A stretch of DNA of 64,000 nt from Candidatus Bathyarchaeia archaeon (GTDB taxonomy: Archaea; Thermoproteota; Bathyarchaeia; Bathyarchaeales; Bathycorpusculaceae): contig JAVZLH010000003.1 of NCBI GenBank assembly GCA_038883855.1, positions 1 to 64,000 of the forward strand. The letters are read 5' to 3'. Under the pieces are notes generated by a model, which searched no databases, was not told the DNA's origin, and saw only the letters and a list, made by a program, of their open reading frames with translations. The position numbers and the translations under genes are program-made. This document shows, piece after piece, positions 47,330 to 58,126 of this stretch; within the stretch, counting starts at the first letter, position 1; the number at the start of each line of letters is the position of its first letter.

Positions 47330-48565
47330 AGCAGTAGTTACCCTTTCTTTTAAAGATTTTAGAAAACAATATGTCAACAAACGCTATTAGGCATATGCAC
47401 ATGTTGTATACAAAATATAAAGATCATCAATGGAATTAGCCATTGGGCTCTTCTTCGGTTGTCTAAATAAGCGCCAATTCCAACTTCAAAAAAGGGTGCA
47501 AAGTTGCCTATAAAGCTGTATAGAAAAACTGGGATGAAAGCCCAAAGGGCTGTTAGCCATTGAGAGGATTTCAAAAGTAAAAGCGGAATTCCCACAACCC
47601 AAGAAAGCATGACCAGAAGAGGCATAATATATATAACAAGAGTAAGCCGTCAATTTTCTCTTTAAGTTTTAGGTTGCTGCTCTTTAAAACTTTAAAAGAA
47701 TGCTTTATTGCGCATTGCATATGCCCTTTAGCCCACTTGTACCTTTGCCTCCAGTAGGTACGCCAGTTCTCAACAGCTTCTTCGTAGCATTCGGCATCGT
47801 TAACATACCGAATCTTATAGCCAGCAAGATAAACACGAAAAGTTAAGTCGGTGTCCTCAGCCAAAACGGATTCATCCCATCCTCCTAAAGACCTTAATAG
47901 GTCGTGTCTGAAGCCTCCAACTGTTCCGCCGAACTGCGGTATAAGCCCGAGAATATCCCGCGCATTCTGGTCAACAAGATATCCGCCTATCCTTTCAAGC
48001 GCTACAAGTCTTGTAACCACGTTTTGGGGGTTCATTCAACACAATAATTCTGCCTTGAACAGCTCCAACTTTTGGGTCTGCAAACTCTCTCGTGAGTTTT
48101 TTCCAAAATGTCTCTTTGAGGGTAATAATCCGCATCAAAACACATGATGATTTCATGTTTAGCGTGTTTAAGTCCAGCGTTAAGTGCAGAGGCTTTACCT
48201 CGACCTCCTTCATGTTGATTTCTATGCACCACATTGATGAAGTTATATTTCTTTGAGTATTCTTCTGCAATTTGTCCGGTGGCATCTGTTGAAGCATCAT
48301 TAATGGCTATAACTTGTAATTTGTCTTTTGGATACGTCAGCTCGGTCATCCTTTTGAGAATTCTTCCAATAACTTTTTCCTCGTTTAGCGCAGGGATTAA
48401 AATGGAAACAGTGGGCTGACAGATAGTGTCTACAACATTAGTACCTTTTTTATTTTTACCCGTATTCTTAATAACAGTTATAACAAAAATGTAGTGTCTG
48501 ACGAGAGAGGCAACCATTAAGACTACTAAAATGACGAATACTGCTTCTAAAAATTCAATAAGCAT
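47330..48565 (-). pseudogene. GT2 glycosyltransferase (cellulose synthase-like), fragmented
   Basis: IPALNEE, GKASALN, FDAD, LAEDTDL, QRYKW spread over four track ORFs; at least four frameshifts. Confidence 0.85.
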
Positions 48566-48972
48566 GCTTATGCCTCAGATTCTCCCTTGAAACGGCAAAA
48601 ATGGTTAGACTCACAGACCAAAAGGAGACAAACCATATGAGATTTAAAAACGGATTGAGAATCATGTATAGCACCTCAAAAGAGCTAAAAAAAGTATTCA
48701 GCGGCAGCGACAGCAAACATAATAAAGAGGCTATTCCAAATCAAGCAAATAACATTTCCCAATAACAACATGCACAGTTTCTTTGTCAATGTCCCATCCA
48801 GAGGAAAGGTGAGAAGGGTGTAAAGGATGTTGAAGATTAAGAGCGTGGATGTCAATTCGGTGCTTGTGCGAAAGAAAAATGAGAGTGCAAATGAAACCAT
48901 TATTCCGACAAAAATGCCAAACGTTAAATGGTCTGTTCTGAAACCGCCTTTCTTCATTTTCATTTGCAACAC
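48555..48972 (-). pseudogene. Membrane protein with one frameshift
   Basis: The hydrophobic ORF 48685-48972 continues after a T-run shift as SSFEVLYMILNPFLNLIWFVSFWSVSL...*. Confidence 0.55.
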
Positions 48973-49057
48973 GACTTCCAGAGCTTTGTTATAGAAGATT
49001 ATATAAAAAGCTTATACAGAAACCTTAAAATTTACGCAAAAACACGCGATCAAAATG

Positions 49058-49672
49058 CTAAGTTGTCTCCGACTTAAGCACGATGCTGTCTATCACTTTG
49101 CATAGAACTTGAAAAACTTCTTCGGGTGTCAAGTTATCAGTGTCCAAAACTAGGTGAAAGGGCGAAAAATCTTCCCCGAGGTCGAAACCGTAAAGCTTTT
49201 TGTAAATGTTTTTTGTTCCCTCTTCTTTTCTTTTTATGGCCTCTAAGGCTTCTTGAACAGTCACGCCATCCCTTTTAGCTATTCTCTCTGCTCTCTTCTG
49301 AAGGGAGGCTTCAAGCCATATTTTGAAACCCTTCTTTAAAAGCCAAGGCATAGCCCAACTGTCTAAAACTACATTTCCTTGCTGTGCTAGCTCCATCAGT
49401 TTTTTGTCAACTGCTTCATCAAATTTTGGGTTATTTTCCCTTTCTTTTATAAAACGTATGCCTTCTTCGCTTTCCCACCATCCGCGTTTAAAAGGCTCGT
49501 GGCCTTTTTCCGCAGCTAGTTCTTTCAGCGCTTCGCCGCCAGAATAGTATTTCAGTCCATATCTTTCTGCAAGCTTTTTAGCTACAGTGCTTTTTCCACT
49601 CCCAGCCATCCCTGAAATGCAAATGACAAGCGGTTCTTTGGTTGCTTTTCTGGATTTTCCATCAACAGTCAT
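49058..49672 (-). CDS. cmk: Cytidylate kinase
   Basis: ISGMAGSGKSTVAK, YKKLYG.D; position after L34e. Confidence 0.9.
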   Translation of the reverse strand: MTVDGKSRKATKEPLVICISGMAGSGKSTVAKKLAERYGLKYYSGGEALKELAAEKGHEPFKRGWWESEEGIRFIKERENNPKFDEAVDKKLMELAQQGNVVLDSWAMPWLLKKGFKIWLEASLQKRAERIAKRDGVTVQEALEAIKRKEEGTKNIYKKLYGFDLGEDFSPFHLVLDTDNLTPEEVFQVLCKVIDSIVLKSETT

Positions 49673-49690
49673 CAGTGTTCCTCAATTGTT

Positions 49691-49960
49691 TTACATTGTT
49701 CTCGCCGTTTGCTTTAAAGCGTTTTTTAGGCAGTTATGACAAACTTGCCCAGCATAAGGACGCCAAACTCTTCTTCTGCTTAGGTTTTGCTTGCTTGTTT
49801 CCGACGAAGTTAAACGTGGAAATCCCGCTATTGGCTTGCCGCACAGAAAACACGAAGGACCTCGTGGTTTTTCCTTTTTAAAGTATACTTTGTTTTCCCC
49901 GCCAGGCAAGGATTTTTCTATGCGCCTTCTGCTTCTTGTGCGTAAATGAGGTTGCGGCAA
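49691..49960 (-). CDS. rpl34e: 50S ribosomal protein L34e
   Basis: PGG, CFLCGKP, RPYAG.VCHNCL. Confidence 0.92.
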   Translation of the reverse strand: MPQPHLRTRSRRRIEKSLPGGENKVYFKKEKPRGPSCFLCGKPIAGFPRLTSSETSKQNLSRRRVWRPYAGQVCHNCLKNALKQTARTM

Positions 49961-49972
49961 ACTCTCATCCTC

Positions 49973-50419
49973 CTATTCAATGGGCAACATACCCAAAAGT
50001 CTAGAGGAAAGTACTCCAAAAAGCAAGGAACAAATCATGTACCAGTAAATGAATGGTATTCCGCCGATTCCAGGTATATATGCAACATTTCCGCTATACA
50101 TAGGCATTAATATTGGCCAAATTATGAAGTAAATTGGATAAATTCCGAATAAAACTAGTTGCGGTTTAAGTAATTTCTTTTGCATATTCATAATCTGTGG
50201 TTCTTTCTTTTTTATTTTCTCCATTAGCTTCTTGTCCTTTGTGCGCATTGCTTGAGTCAATTGAGCTTGGTATTCAGCGATTTCTTTTTGCATCATCCTA
50301 TATTGCTTCCAGCCAACAAACCTGCTTATCAAGAGGCGGTTAAGGGAAGACACTGCAAAGGAAATAGCTAGACTGATTAACATAACCTCTATTGTAGCCA
50401 TGGGTATTCCAGTACTCAT
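49973..50419 (-). CDS. DUF106 / EMC3-TMCO1 (Oxa1 superfamily) membrane protein
   Basis: TM, coiled coil, TM, WY..CS; located after secY. Confidence 0.88.
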   Translation of the reverse strand: MSTGIPMATIEVMLISLAISFAVSSLNRLLISRFVGWKQYRMMQKEIAEYQAQLTQAMRTKDKKLMEKIKKKEPQIMNMQKKLLKPQLVLFGIYPIYFIIWPILMPMYSGNVAYIPGIGGIPFIYWYMICSLLFGVLSSRLLGMLPIE

Positions 50420-50508
50420 GGTATTTCACCTTTCTGCGCATACAAACTTGCTTAATTGCTTTTGTTTAAGTCCAGTTAATAACTATTTTTGCTTCTAGGC
50501 TCACAGTT

Positions 50509-51948
50509 TTATTCTCCAAATATTCTGCGGAAAGCTGGATACATTTCGGCGGCTCTTTCCCTAACCAAAATTTCGTAATACTGATATATTATACCAACAG
50601 AAAGCAGAATGCCCATTCCTGAACCGAAAACTCCTAGAAAATCTGAAATACCAGCAATCAGTCCTACAATTATTCCGCCGAGAACTGTAACTGCTGGAAT
50701 GTAACGCTTAAGAATGGATTCAATAGCCTTTTCAGAGCGTCTGTATCCAGGAATTTGCATGCCGGCATCGACCAGTTGCTTAGCCACGGTCGATGGTCCT
50801 AAACCGCCAACCTCAAGCCAAGTAAGCGAGAAAATAACACAGAAAACAACGAGAATCGTGAGATAACCCAATGCTCGATCTGGACGGGCAGCAACATCTG
50901 CAAGGCTATGCGGTGCTGTAACATAATAAACAAGGCCTCCAACAGGCTCGAGACTGGGCGTGCTACCCTCTGTGTTCCATCTAAACTGCCCTAAAATGTC
51001 AATCCAGAGTATTCCGGTTCCATTCTCTCTTTGACCGCCAAACGTGCTCCAGAAGAGCTGCGAGAAGATGAAGATGTTGGCGAAGAGAGCAGATGCGAAA
51101 ATTACTGGCAAGTTGGATACGTATAGAAGTTTTATTGGGTATCGGCTTCTGAAACCTCTGTAACCAGCATAAGATATGGGTAGTTCAACTCTTACACCTT
51201 CCATGTAAATTATCACCAAAAAGGCTGCTATTGTAGCTATAAAACCTATCAAAGATGGATAGTTTCCCCTTAATAATAAGCCTGTCGCTGGTTTTCCGCT
51301 CATTATTGTTTGCGCTAATGCCACAAAAATTCCATAACTACCATATTCATCAACCGGTGGAGAGGGGTTAAAACATGCAAGGAATATTTGTTGTGCTACA
51401 CCAGCCATTATAAAAAGGCTTATTCCACTGCCGAACCCCCATCCCTTTTGAACAAGCTCATCTAACAACTGCACGATAATTCCAGCAGCCACTAGTTGTA
51501 AGAAAACCATTATTCTTATCGTGCTAGACAAATCACCGTACATTCCGCTGAGTATATAGGCTGTTGCCTGAACCCCTGTGAGAATTATGGCAAGAGCTTT
51601 GCTCGCTGTCGTGAAGAGGCTTCTGTCTTCTGGACGGGACATGTCGCATTCTATCATGGCTGAGCCAACTAAAAGTTGCAGTATTAATCCAGCCGTGACT
51701 ATGGGACCTATCCCCAGCTCCATGAGGGTGCCGTGGCTTGAAGCCCAAATTATTCTTAAAGCACTGAATCGTTCCTCTGTGGTTGAAGGTATGCCATATA
51801 GTGGGGTTACTGCCATAACAAGGTATATTATCACAACTAAAGCTGTCCAGAACAGTTTCTCGTTAAACCGTACTCTCCGTTCTGGAGCCTTTACTTCTGG
51901 TAGAACCCTTGCAATTGGTTTGAACAGGTTTAGGAATCTGCCAGCCAT
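50509..51948 (-). CDS. secY: Protein translocase SecY
   Basis: LMELGIGPIVTAGLILQLL, GSGISLFI, YPIKLLYVSNLPVI. Confidence 0.98.
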   Translation of the reverse strand: MAGRFLNLFKPIARVLPEVKAPERRVRFNEKLFWTALVVIIYLVMAVTPLYGIPSTTEERFSALRIIWASSHGTLMELGIGPIVTAGLILQLLVGSAMIECDMSRPEDRSLFTTASKALAIILTGVQATAYILSGMYGDLSSTIRIMVFLQLVAAGIIVQLLDELVQKGWGFGSGISLFIMAGVAQQIFLACFNPSPPVDEYGSYGIFVALAQTIMSGKPATGLLLRGNYPSLIGFIATIAAFLVIIYMEGVRVELPISYAGYRGFRSRYPIKLLYVSNLPVIFASALFANIFIFSQLFWSTFGGQRENGTGILWIDILGQFRWNTEGSTPSLEPVGGLVYYVTAPHSLADVAARPDRALGYLTILVVFCVIFSLTWLEVGGLGPSTVAKQLVDAGMQIPGYRRSEKAIESILKRYIPAVTVLGGIIVGLIAGISDFLGVFGSGMGILLSVGIIYQYYEILVRERAAEMYPAFRRIFGE

Positions 51949-51958
51949 TGGTTGGTTT

Positions 51959-52426
51959 TCACTCTCCCTCTTTTTCTACCTCTTCCGTTAATTCCTCTTC
52001 TACTTCTTCTGTTAAAATTTCTCCACCAACTTCTTTTATCTTTTCAGCCGCCAACCTCGAGCACGAAGCCACTTTAACTATTAGCGGCTTTGTAATTTTT
52101 CCCGCACCAAGAAGCTTTGTATAGCCAAGGCTTGTTAAGTCTACGAGGAACTTTCCATTTTTCTCTCCAACAGAAATCTTCTTAACAATCTCGTCAAGTT
52201 TTCCAACATTTATAGTTTTCACTTTTCTTTTCAAACTTTTAGGAGATGTAAAACCCTTTTTCCCAAAATATTCCGGTTCATACTTTATGACATAAGACCA
52301 TAGATGTTTATGTCGTCCGGCCTTTCGATAACCTTTGGACCCGGACTTTCTGTGTTGACCTACTCTCCCGTAACCTTGAGTCCTCGAACCCCGCTTTTTC
52401 CTGATTTTTCTAAGTTTATGAGGCAT
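51959..52426 (-). CDS. rpl15: 50S ribosomal protein L15
   Basis: RGSRT.GYG..GQHR, YFGKKGF, KLLGAG. Confidence 0.96.
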   Translation of the reverse strand: MPHKLRKIRKKRGSRTQGYGRVGQHRKSGSKGYRKAGRHKHLWSYVIKYEPEYFGKKGFTSPKSLKRKVKTINVGKLDEIVKKISVGEKNGKFLVDLTSLGYTKLLGAGKITKPLIVKVASCSRLAAEKIKEVGGEILTEEVEEELTEEVEKEGE

Positions 52427-52429
52427 TTT

Positions 52430-52888
52430 TTAACCAGCTAATTTATCGATAGGTTTCTCTTCAGTAGCTCTTTTTAACCTTATTTCAAGCACACCATTCT
52501 TATATGTTGTACGCATTGTGGTTGGAATAACCTTTTCTGGAAGATTTAAGCTCTTGCGGTATTTGCGGTCCACAGCCTCAGCAGATAATATCAACTGTTT
52601 ATTTTCTGCACTGATTTTAAGATCTTCTATCTTGAAACCAGCCAGCCCTGCAACAACAACAATTTCATCTTTGTCTTCAAGGATGTCGATAAGAGGCTCT
52701 ATCCACTTATACTCTTTCACAGCGAGGCTTTTCGGAGCAAAATACCTATATGGATAAGCCCGCCATCTGCCCTTAGGATTCTTAGTTCGAAAAATTTTAG
52801 AAAAGTTCTTTCCGCGGGTTTCGCTACGTCTCGTTACAACATTGAATCGCTTCCGCGCTTTCTTGTTACTACGCCATCTCGCGCTCAA
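52430..52888 (-). CDS. Hsp20/alpha-crystallin family protein with basic N-terminus
   Basis: EPLIDILE...IVVVAGLAG...LP..V...TTYKNGVLEIRL. Confidence 0.85.
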   Translation of the reverse strand: MSARWRSNKKARKRFNVVTRRSETRGKNFSKIFRTKNPKGRWRAYPYRYFAPKSLAVKEYKWIEPLIDILEDKDEIVVVAGLAGFKIEDLKISAENKQLILSAEAVDRKYRKSLNLPEKVIPTTMRTTYKNGVLEIRLKRATEEKPIDKLAG

Positions 52889-52959
52889 TCAACGCTCCCT
52901 CGGATACAAAGGCATTTCAAAAGTAGCTATAAAATGTATCGGATAGAAAAACGTTAAAC

Positions 52960-53448
52960 TTATATCATCCGCTCTATAAGGTCGTTAACTTTTTCTCCTC
53001 GATAGCCAAGTTCACCGCCCATACCGTAGCTCTTCTTTATCTTTCCCTTAAAACCCTTCTTGGGTGGATGAAGCCTGAAAACGGGTTTAATATTTGGCAA
53101 CTTCCAGTATTCTGCACGACAGTTGAAAACAGCCTCTGCGAGATCTTCTAGGGAGTTATAACCAATTTTCTTGGCATATTCTTCGGTTAACTTCTTGTTT
53201 CCGACCAGTTCACCCTTTTCCTTTATTAGAAGATGCACTATTTCTCTAGAGGCCTCACCCCATGTTATGAAGCTTTGCGCGGTTTTCAACATTCCAAGAA
53301 ATGACGACCTATTATCAATCAGTATGGCGTAGTTGTTCCTTGTTAAATGGAGCATTTTTAGGGTTTCCCTCACCTCATTTGAGGCGCTTATAGTGCCGCG
53401 AACTCTTACAACCGCCAAGCATTTTCGTTCTTCGATTTTCTCGTCCAA
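52960..53448 (-). CDS. rpl30: 50S ribosomal protein L30
   Basis: AVVRVRG, FRLHPPKKGF, GELGYRG. Confidence 0.96.
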   Translation of the reverse strand: MDEKIEERKCLAVVRVRGTISASNEVRETLKMLHLTRNNYAILIDNRSSFLGMLKTAQSFITWGEASREIVHLLIKEKGELVGNKKLTEEYAKKIGYNSLEDLAEAVFNCRAEYWKLPNIKPVFRLHPPKKGFKGKIKKSYGMGGELGYRGEKVNDLIERMI

Positions 53449-54090
53449 TTACCTCACCCAGTCCGTCGGAGTTATTAGGCTGTAGGTTTTCTTCAACGCA
53501 TCAAAGACTGCGTATGCAAATGATGGAACAGTTCTCGTTGAACCATAACTCCTAGTCCAGCAATCTTTGATTCCGGCCAAACCTAAAATTATTTTTGCAA
53601 CCTCGCTAGCAACTAGACCCAAGCCTCTCGGGCCAGGAACCATAACTATTTTTACACCGCCACATTTGCCTTCAACTTGGAAGGGCACCGAGTGAGGTTT
53701 ACCACAACCACACTCCCAACTTCCACAACCACGCCTAACAGGAACTAGGTTTAGGCGGGCGTCCGCAGCAGCCTTCTCTATGGCTGTTCGCACCTGACCT
53801 GCTTTCCCAGATCCTAAACCTATGTATCCGTTCCTGTTTCCAACAGCCACAATTGCCTTAAACCTTGATTTTTCGCCAGCATCTGTCTGTTTTTGAACTA
53901 AGTTTATGTTTATGACCTCCTCTTGAATGTCTGGGAGCAAAGCGTCAACAATTTGGGGTTCACGGATTTTATAACCGCCTAAAAAGATTTCTTCCATTGA
54001 GGTGATTTTGCCTTCTTGAATCATTTTTCCAACGCGGGTTTTGGGAACCCATTGCTCCAAACTTTCAGCCGTTTTACCTTCCGCTGTCAA
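53449..54090 (-). CDS. rps5: 30S ribosomal protein S5
   Basis: [21 protein letters not shown]. Confidence 0.97.
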   Translation of the reverse strand: MTAEGKTAESLEQWVPKTRVGKMIQEGKITSMEEIFLGGYKIREPQIVDALLPDIQEEVININLVQKQTDAGEKSRFKAIVAVGNRNGYIGLGSGKAGQVRTAIEKAAADARLNLVPVRRGCGSWECGCGKPHSVPFQVEGKCGGVKIVMVPGPRGLGLVASEVAKIILGLAGIKDCWTRSYGSTRTVPSFAYAVFDALKKTYSLITPTDWVR

Positions 54091-54695
54091 CTCTTTTTAC
54101 CTCCACCCTCAAACTCAGCGATTATGGCTTTTTTGACCTCTTCAAAATGTTCTGGAAGACTTTCTGGTTGAAGCTTATTTGCCAGATACTTTGAAAATCG
54201 AAGATTGTATTCTGCGGGGTTGGAAGCCAAATTTTTTGCATACTTTGCGATGTGTTCACCTTTCACTCGCTCTTCGTCTGGAAGTTTCTCCTCGCCATGG
54301 GGAATATTCATTCCAGCATCTAACGCTCCCTTCAACACTGTTAGAACCCTTGAGCCCTTGGAAGGAAAGTGCAATCCAATGTCTAAAATTGCCTCGCTTA
54401 CTCCCTTGGCTTTAGCCTTCAAACCGCATAAAAGCCCTGTCAAATAGGCTGTTGGAACGTTTCCTCTATGAGCCCTCCACCCATACTTTCTTGCCAGTTC
54501 TCTGCTATGCGCCGAAACCAAAACTTCATCGCCATGGGGTTTAGCGACAACAACTTGAGCAACAATGTTATTTAATGCGCCACGCACAACGAGACGGGGC
54601 TTGCCTGAAAGCGCCAAGGCCTTCCTCTTTCTATAATCTGTTTTTCCCTCTCTTCTCCGCCGAAATGGAACACAATAGCGTGCGTTCCGAGCCAT
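54087..54695 (-). CDS. rpl18: 50S ribosomal protein L18
   Basis: [17 protein letters not shown]. Confidence 0.97.
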   Translation of the reverse strand: MARNARYCVPFRRRREGKTDYRKRKALALSGKPRLVVRGALNNIVAQVVVAKPHGDEVLVSAHSRELARKYGWRAHRGNVPTAYLTGLLCGLKAKAKGVSEAILDIGLHFPSKGSRVLTVLKGALDAGMNIPHGEEKLPDEERVKGEHIAKYAKNLASNPAEYNLRFSKYLANKLQPESLPEHFEEVKKAIIAEFEGGGKKS

Positions 54696-55150
54696 CAGCG
54701 TTTCCTCCAGAGTCCATGTGCTTTAAGGTGACGTTCTAAATCAGCGACAGACGTGAATCTTCCACTGCTCGCCATTTTGTAGAGCTTCCGATAAGTTGCT
54801 TCTGTAATAATTCTATTCGCCTTTAATTCACGAAGCCTCATCCTCAAAGCCCTAATCTTAGCCATCCAAGCATCCTTCTTGGAAATTTTAGAATGAAGTC
54901 CCCCGCTTCTACTACCCGGTCCACGCCGCCTTCCAACTTTCTTTTTCAAATGCACCGTTCGAGCTCTTGCTCGACTTACACCTTCCTCTGGTAGCGGTTT
55001 AATAATGCCTTCATGGATTAGTTTACGAATTTCCTCCCTTGTTATTGCAGTTTCAACATCGTCTATCCTTTCAGGGTTTATCCAAACCCTGTTTTGCCCA
55101 ACTTTTAATATTTTGGCTGCAAGACGCCGCTGACTCTTTAGGCTCGTCAT
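54695..55150 (-). CDS. rpl19e: 50S ribosomal protein L19e
   Basis: [23 protein letters not shown]. Confidence 0.97.
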   Translation of the reverse strand: MTSLKSQRRLAAKILKVGQNRVWINPERIDDVETAITREEIRKLIHEGIIKPLPEEGVSRARARTVHLKKKVGRRRGPGSRSGGLHSKISKKDAWMAKIRALRMRLRELKANRIITEATYRKLYKMASSGRFTSVADLERHLKAHGLWRKR

Positions 55151-55689
55151 CCTTCTTTGGCACCGCCCTCACTTTTTCTTTCACTTTTCCGCTTTTTTCC
55201 CTGTTTTTTCTCCTTAGTCTTCTTTTCTTCTCCCTCTTCCATTTCCTCAGGCTTCTCTTCTAGTTTCTCCTTCTTCTCTTCAACTTTTTCCTCGACTTCT
55301 TTGGGGTTCACAATGGTGATTTTCTTCTTCCTCGCCTCAGCAATGATTTTAAGTCTTTTTCTCTTACCAGTTGTGTGGGCAATGCGCACAACCTGAGTTT
55401 TGGGGTTAACCTTCCTGATTTCATCGAGATTGTGCACCAGCACCTCTTCATAGCCTGATGGATGAAGACCTCTAGCAACTTTTGGTCCCCTATAGCCAAC
55501 ATTCACTGTTGGCGGCCAACCCTTGATTTTTCTTCGCATCTTGTTGTCTATGCCTTTTGGTTTGCGCCAATTCTCTTTTAAGCGAATGTACCGCCAGCTT
55601 TCTTGCCTAACAAAGTTTGGCTTTTTCTTTTTGACGCGTTCCCGCATTTTAAGGGCTTTTTCTTTTGTTATTGCTTTCTGTTCCATCAT
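55147..55689 (-). CDS. rpl32e: 50S ribosomal protein L32e with K/E-rich C-terminal tail
   Basis: WRKPKGIDNKMR, RGLHPSG. Confidence 0.96.
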   Translation of the reverse strand: MMEQKAITKEKALKMRERVKKKKPNFVRQESWRYIRLKENWRKPKGIDNKMRRKIKGWPPTVNVGYRGPKVARGLHPSGYEEVLVHNLDEIRKVNPKTQVVRIAHTTGKRKRLKIIAEARKKKITIVNPKEVEEKVEEKKEKLEEKPEEMEEGEEKKTKEKKQGKKRKSERKSEGGAKEG

Positions 55690-56234
55690 GCTTCCATCCC
55701 TTCACTGCGCTCGTACACGTATATGCCGTCCAAGAAAACCCTCGGGTCCTTCCTTTTCACTTTAGTTGCTTGCTCGATGTTTGCTGCTGTTTGGCTTACG
55801 TCCTCAAGGTTTATGCCTTGAACTATTATGTCTTCGCTTTGAACCTTAATTTGCACGTCTCCGATGATTTTTGCCTTCCTTGGATTCCTCTCGCCAGTGA
55901 AATTTTCTATTAAAACTACCTTGTCTTTAACCTTGACCGAAATTGGAAAATGAGAGAAAACTATCTTAAGTTTATACGAGAAACCTTTCCTAACTCCCGT
56001 AATCATGTTTTGGATATGAGAACAAACTGTGCCTACAAGAGAAGCCTCTTTTTTGCGTGGCCACTCAGCCCAAACTCGGATTGTTTTATCGTTAACCTCG
56101 ATTGAAACTGGGGCTTTGGAAAAGTCGCGGGTTAATGTTCCCTTTGCCCCTTTAACCGTAACTTTTCTTCCTTCAACCGTCACTTCCACATCTTCTGGAA
56201 CTTGAATTATTCTTGAAATTTCAACAGCCTGCAT
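55686..56234 (-). CDS. rpl6: 50S ribosomal protein L6
   Basis: HFPISV, NFTGER, KDPRVFLDGIYV. Confidence 0.97.
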   Translation of the reverse strand: MQAVEISRIIQVPEDVEVTVEGRKVTVKGAKGTLTRDFSKAPVSIEVNDKTIRVWAEWPRKKEASLVGTVCSHIQNMITGVRKGFSYKLKIVFSHFPISVKVKDKVVLIENFTGERNPRKAKIIGDVQIKVQSEDIIVQGINLEDVSQTAANIEQATKVKRKDPRVFLDGIYVYERSEGMEA

Positions 56235-56247
56235 AGGATGACACCTT

Positions 56248-56631
56248 TCAATAGACAAATGCTAACAATCTACCTCCAATGCACTTTTCCTTAGCCTCCT
56301 TATGAGACACCACTCCCTTAGGAGTTGAAACAATTAAGATGCCGATGTCCCTTGACGGAAGAAACTCTTTCTCCCATTTCTCAAATTCCTCTACTCTAAC
56401 AGGGAAGCGTGGTTTTATAGCTCCACACTTGTTTATTCTTCCCAAAAGCTGAACCTTAAATTTCCCAGAACGCCCATCATCGATAAACTCGAACTCTCCA
56501 ATGTAACCATTTAACTGCATAATCCTCAACACTCGACCCAAAAGTTTAGAGGCTGGGCTAATCACGCATTCCCGCTTGTTTCGCATCTCATTATTTATGA
56601 TTGTTGTCAAGCCATTTGCCAAAGTGTCCAT
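56248..56631 (-). CDS. rps8: 30S ribosomal protein S8
   Basis: [24 protein letters not shown]. Confidence 0.97.
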   Translation of the reverse strand: MDTLANGLTTIINNEMRNKRECVISPASKLLGRVLRIMQLNGYIGEFEFIDDGRSGKFKVQLLGRINKCGAIKPRFPVRVEEFEKWEKEFLPSRDIGILIVSTPKGVVSHKEAKEKCIGGRLLAFVY

Positions 56632-56644
56632 GAAATTTTCCTCG

Positions 56645-56809
56645 CTATTCATATTTTTTGAAGCCAAGTTTTTTAGCTACTTCCCTAAAACAATGTCGAC
56701 ACAAATATAAATTATAACGCCTGATTATTGGTCCATAAGATCCACATCTGCTGCATGGCCTAGCACCCTTACCGTACTTTCTTTCTTTTTTAGGCTTATA
56801 CTTAGCCAT
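56645..56809 (-). CDS. rps14: 30S ribosomal protein S14 (type Z)
   Basis: Own translation ...[11 protein letters not shown]...[25 protein letters not shown] (54 aa). Confidence 0.95.
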   Translation of the reverse strand: MAKYKPKKERKYGKGARPCSRCGSYGPIIRRYNLYLCRHCFREVAKKLGFKKYE

Positions 56810-56823
56810 ATAATGCTTCCCTC

Positions 56824-57363
56824 CTAGACAATTTCCACCCCTAACGCGTCTTTAACGAAAACCATGGCTTCTTCAGGTGTCAATACATGTCTTGCGCCAA
56901 CCTTTGTCCCTTTAATTCGCCGCTCTTTAACTCGGTATCCAGGGCGGCCGAGGGTGACGCAGACATCCATCCCAAATATGCCAATGTCAGGGTCGTATTT
57001 TACACCTGCTATCTCTATGTGCTCCTTTATGCCAAAGGAGAAGTTGCCGTGCTTGTCAAAACTTTCCTTTGGAATTTTGTTATCGATTACTTGTAAAACT
57101 TTTTTTAAGAAATCTAGCGCCTTTTGCTTTCTAAGCGTAACTATGCAGGCTATCGGTTCGCCTTTCCTAATTCCGAAATCCCTGATTGTCTTCTTTGCTT
57201 TTCGTTTACAGGGCGTTTGACCTGTTAAATCTTTCAAAACTTTTGCAGCCTTTTCTAGCGGCTCCCCAGACTTCCCGACGCTTATGTTAACAACAACTTT
57301 TCCAATTTTTGGTTTCAACATGGGATGTTCTTCCCATTTCTTCCGAATCTCATCTTCAGACAA
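56824..57363 (-). CDS. rpl5: 50S ribosomal protein L5
   Basis: [28 protein letters not shown]. Confidence 0.96.
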   Translation of the reverse strand: MSEDEIRKKWEEHPMLKPKIGKVVVNISVGKSGEPLEKAAKVLKDLTGQTPCKRKAKKTIRDFGIRKGEPIACIVTLRKQKALDFLKKVLQVIDNKIPKESFDKHGNFSFGIKEHIEIAGVKYDPDIGIFGMDVCVTLGRPGYRVKERRIKGTKVGARHVLTPEEAMVFVKDALGVEIV

Positions 57364-58123
57364 CAGTAGCAACCTCCGGTATTGATATAAGTGGCTTTGT
57401 TTCACCTAAAGCGAAAACAAAGTTCAGTATTGTCTGGTAACGGCTGCCCTTCTCGTCTTCGATTACAACCAAGGCGTTCCTTCGCCGTTCACCTTTCGTT
57501 CTTTTAATCTCCACCACTTTGCCATGTTTCCCAATGTTTTTTCCACCAGTTATTATCGCCAAAACATTCTCTTTAACCTTAACATGTTCCAGGATCCGCC
57601 TATCTGGAAGACTTATCTTCAAAGTGTCTAAGGTTTCATAAACATCCTCTTGCGGATTTCGAGGATCTGCAACTTTCACTAGAATGTTTGAACCATCGTG
57701 GAGACCGAGTTGCACATGACCTTTTTTGACGCAGGTCTTATTTTCTATTCGACACAGCTTAAAGCTTGTTTCTTCCTTGCCAATCGGGTGAAGGATGAAA
57801 CCTTTATGAGAAGGTAAAACGCGGAAAAAAGCGTTTGCTTCAGGTATTGCAATTACGTCCATAAGTCCCACAGGAAAATCGTCTTTTTGTCTAATTTTGC
57901 CATCTACATAGACTTTGCCTTGTGAAACTATGAGTTTAGCCTCTTTCCTTGTCTTAGCAAACCCAAGGATGTCCCGCAGAACTATAGCTAGTGGTAAGCA
58001 ATTTTCAAGGGAATGCGGCCCCGGAGAAGGTTTTACAGTCCACACAAACTTCTTTCTCGGAATAGGCCAGAATTTCGGAGCAGGTTTCCGCTTTAATCCT
58101 GTTGACCCACCTTTTTTACCCAA
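57356..58123 (-). CDS. rps4e: 30S ribosomal protein S4e
   Basis: PSPGPH, PVGLMDVI, ITGGKNIG. Confidence 0.96.
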   Translation of the reverse strand: MGKKGGSTGLKRKPAPKFWPIPRKKFVWTVKPSPGPHSLENCLPLAIVLRDILGFAKTRKEAKLIVSQGKVYVDGKIRQKDDFPVGLMDVIAIPEANAFFRVLPSHKGFILHPIGKEETSFKLCRIENKTCVKKGHVQLGLHDGSNILVKVADPRNPQEDVYETLDTLKISLPDRRILEHVKVKENVLAIITGGKNIGKHGKVVEIKRTKGERRRNALVVIEDEKGSRYQTILNFVFALGETKPLISIPEVATVV

Positions 58124-58126
58124 AGT

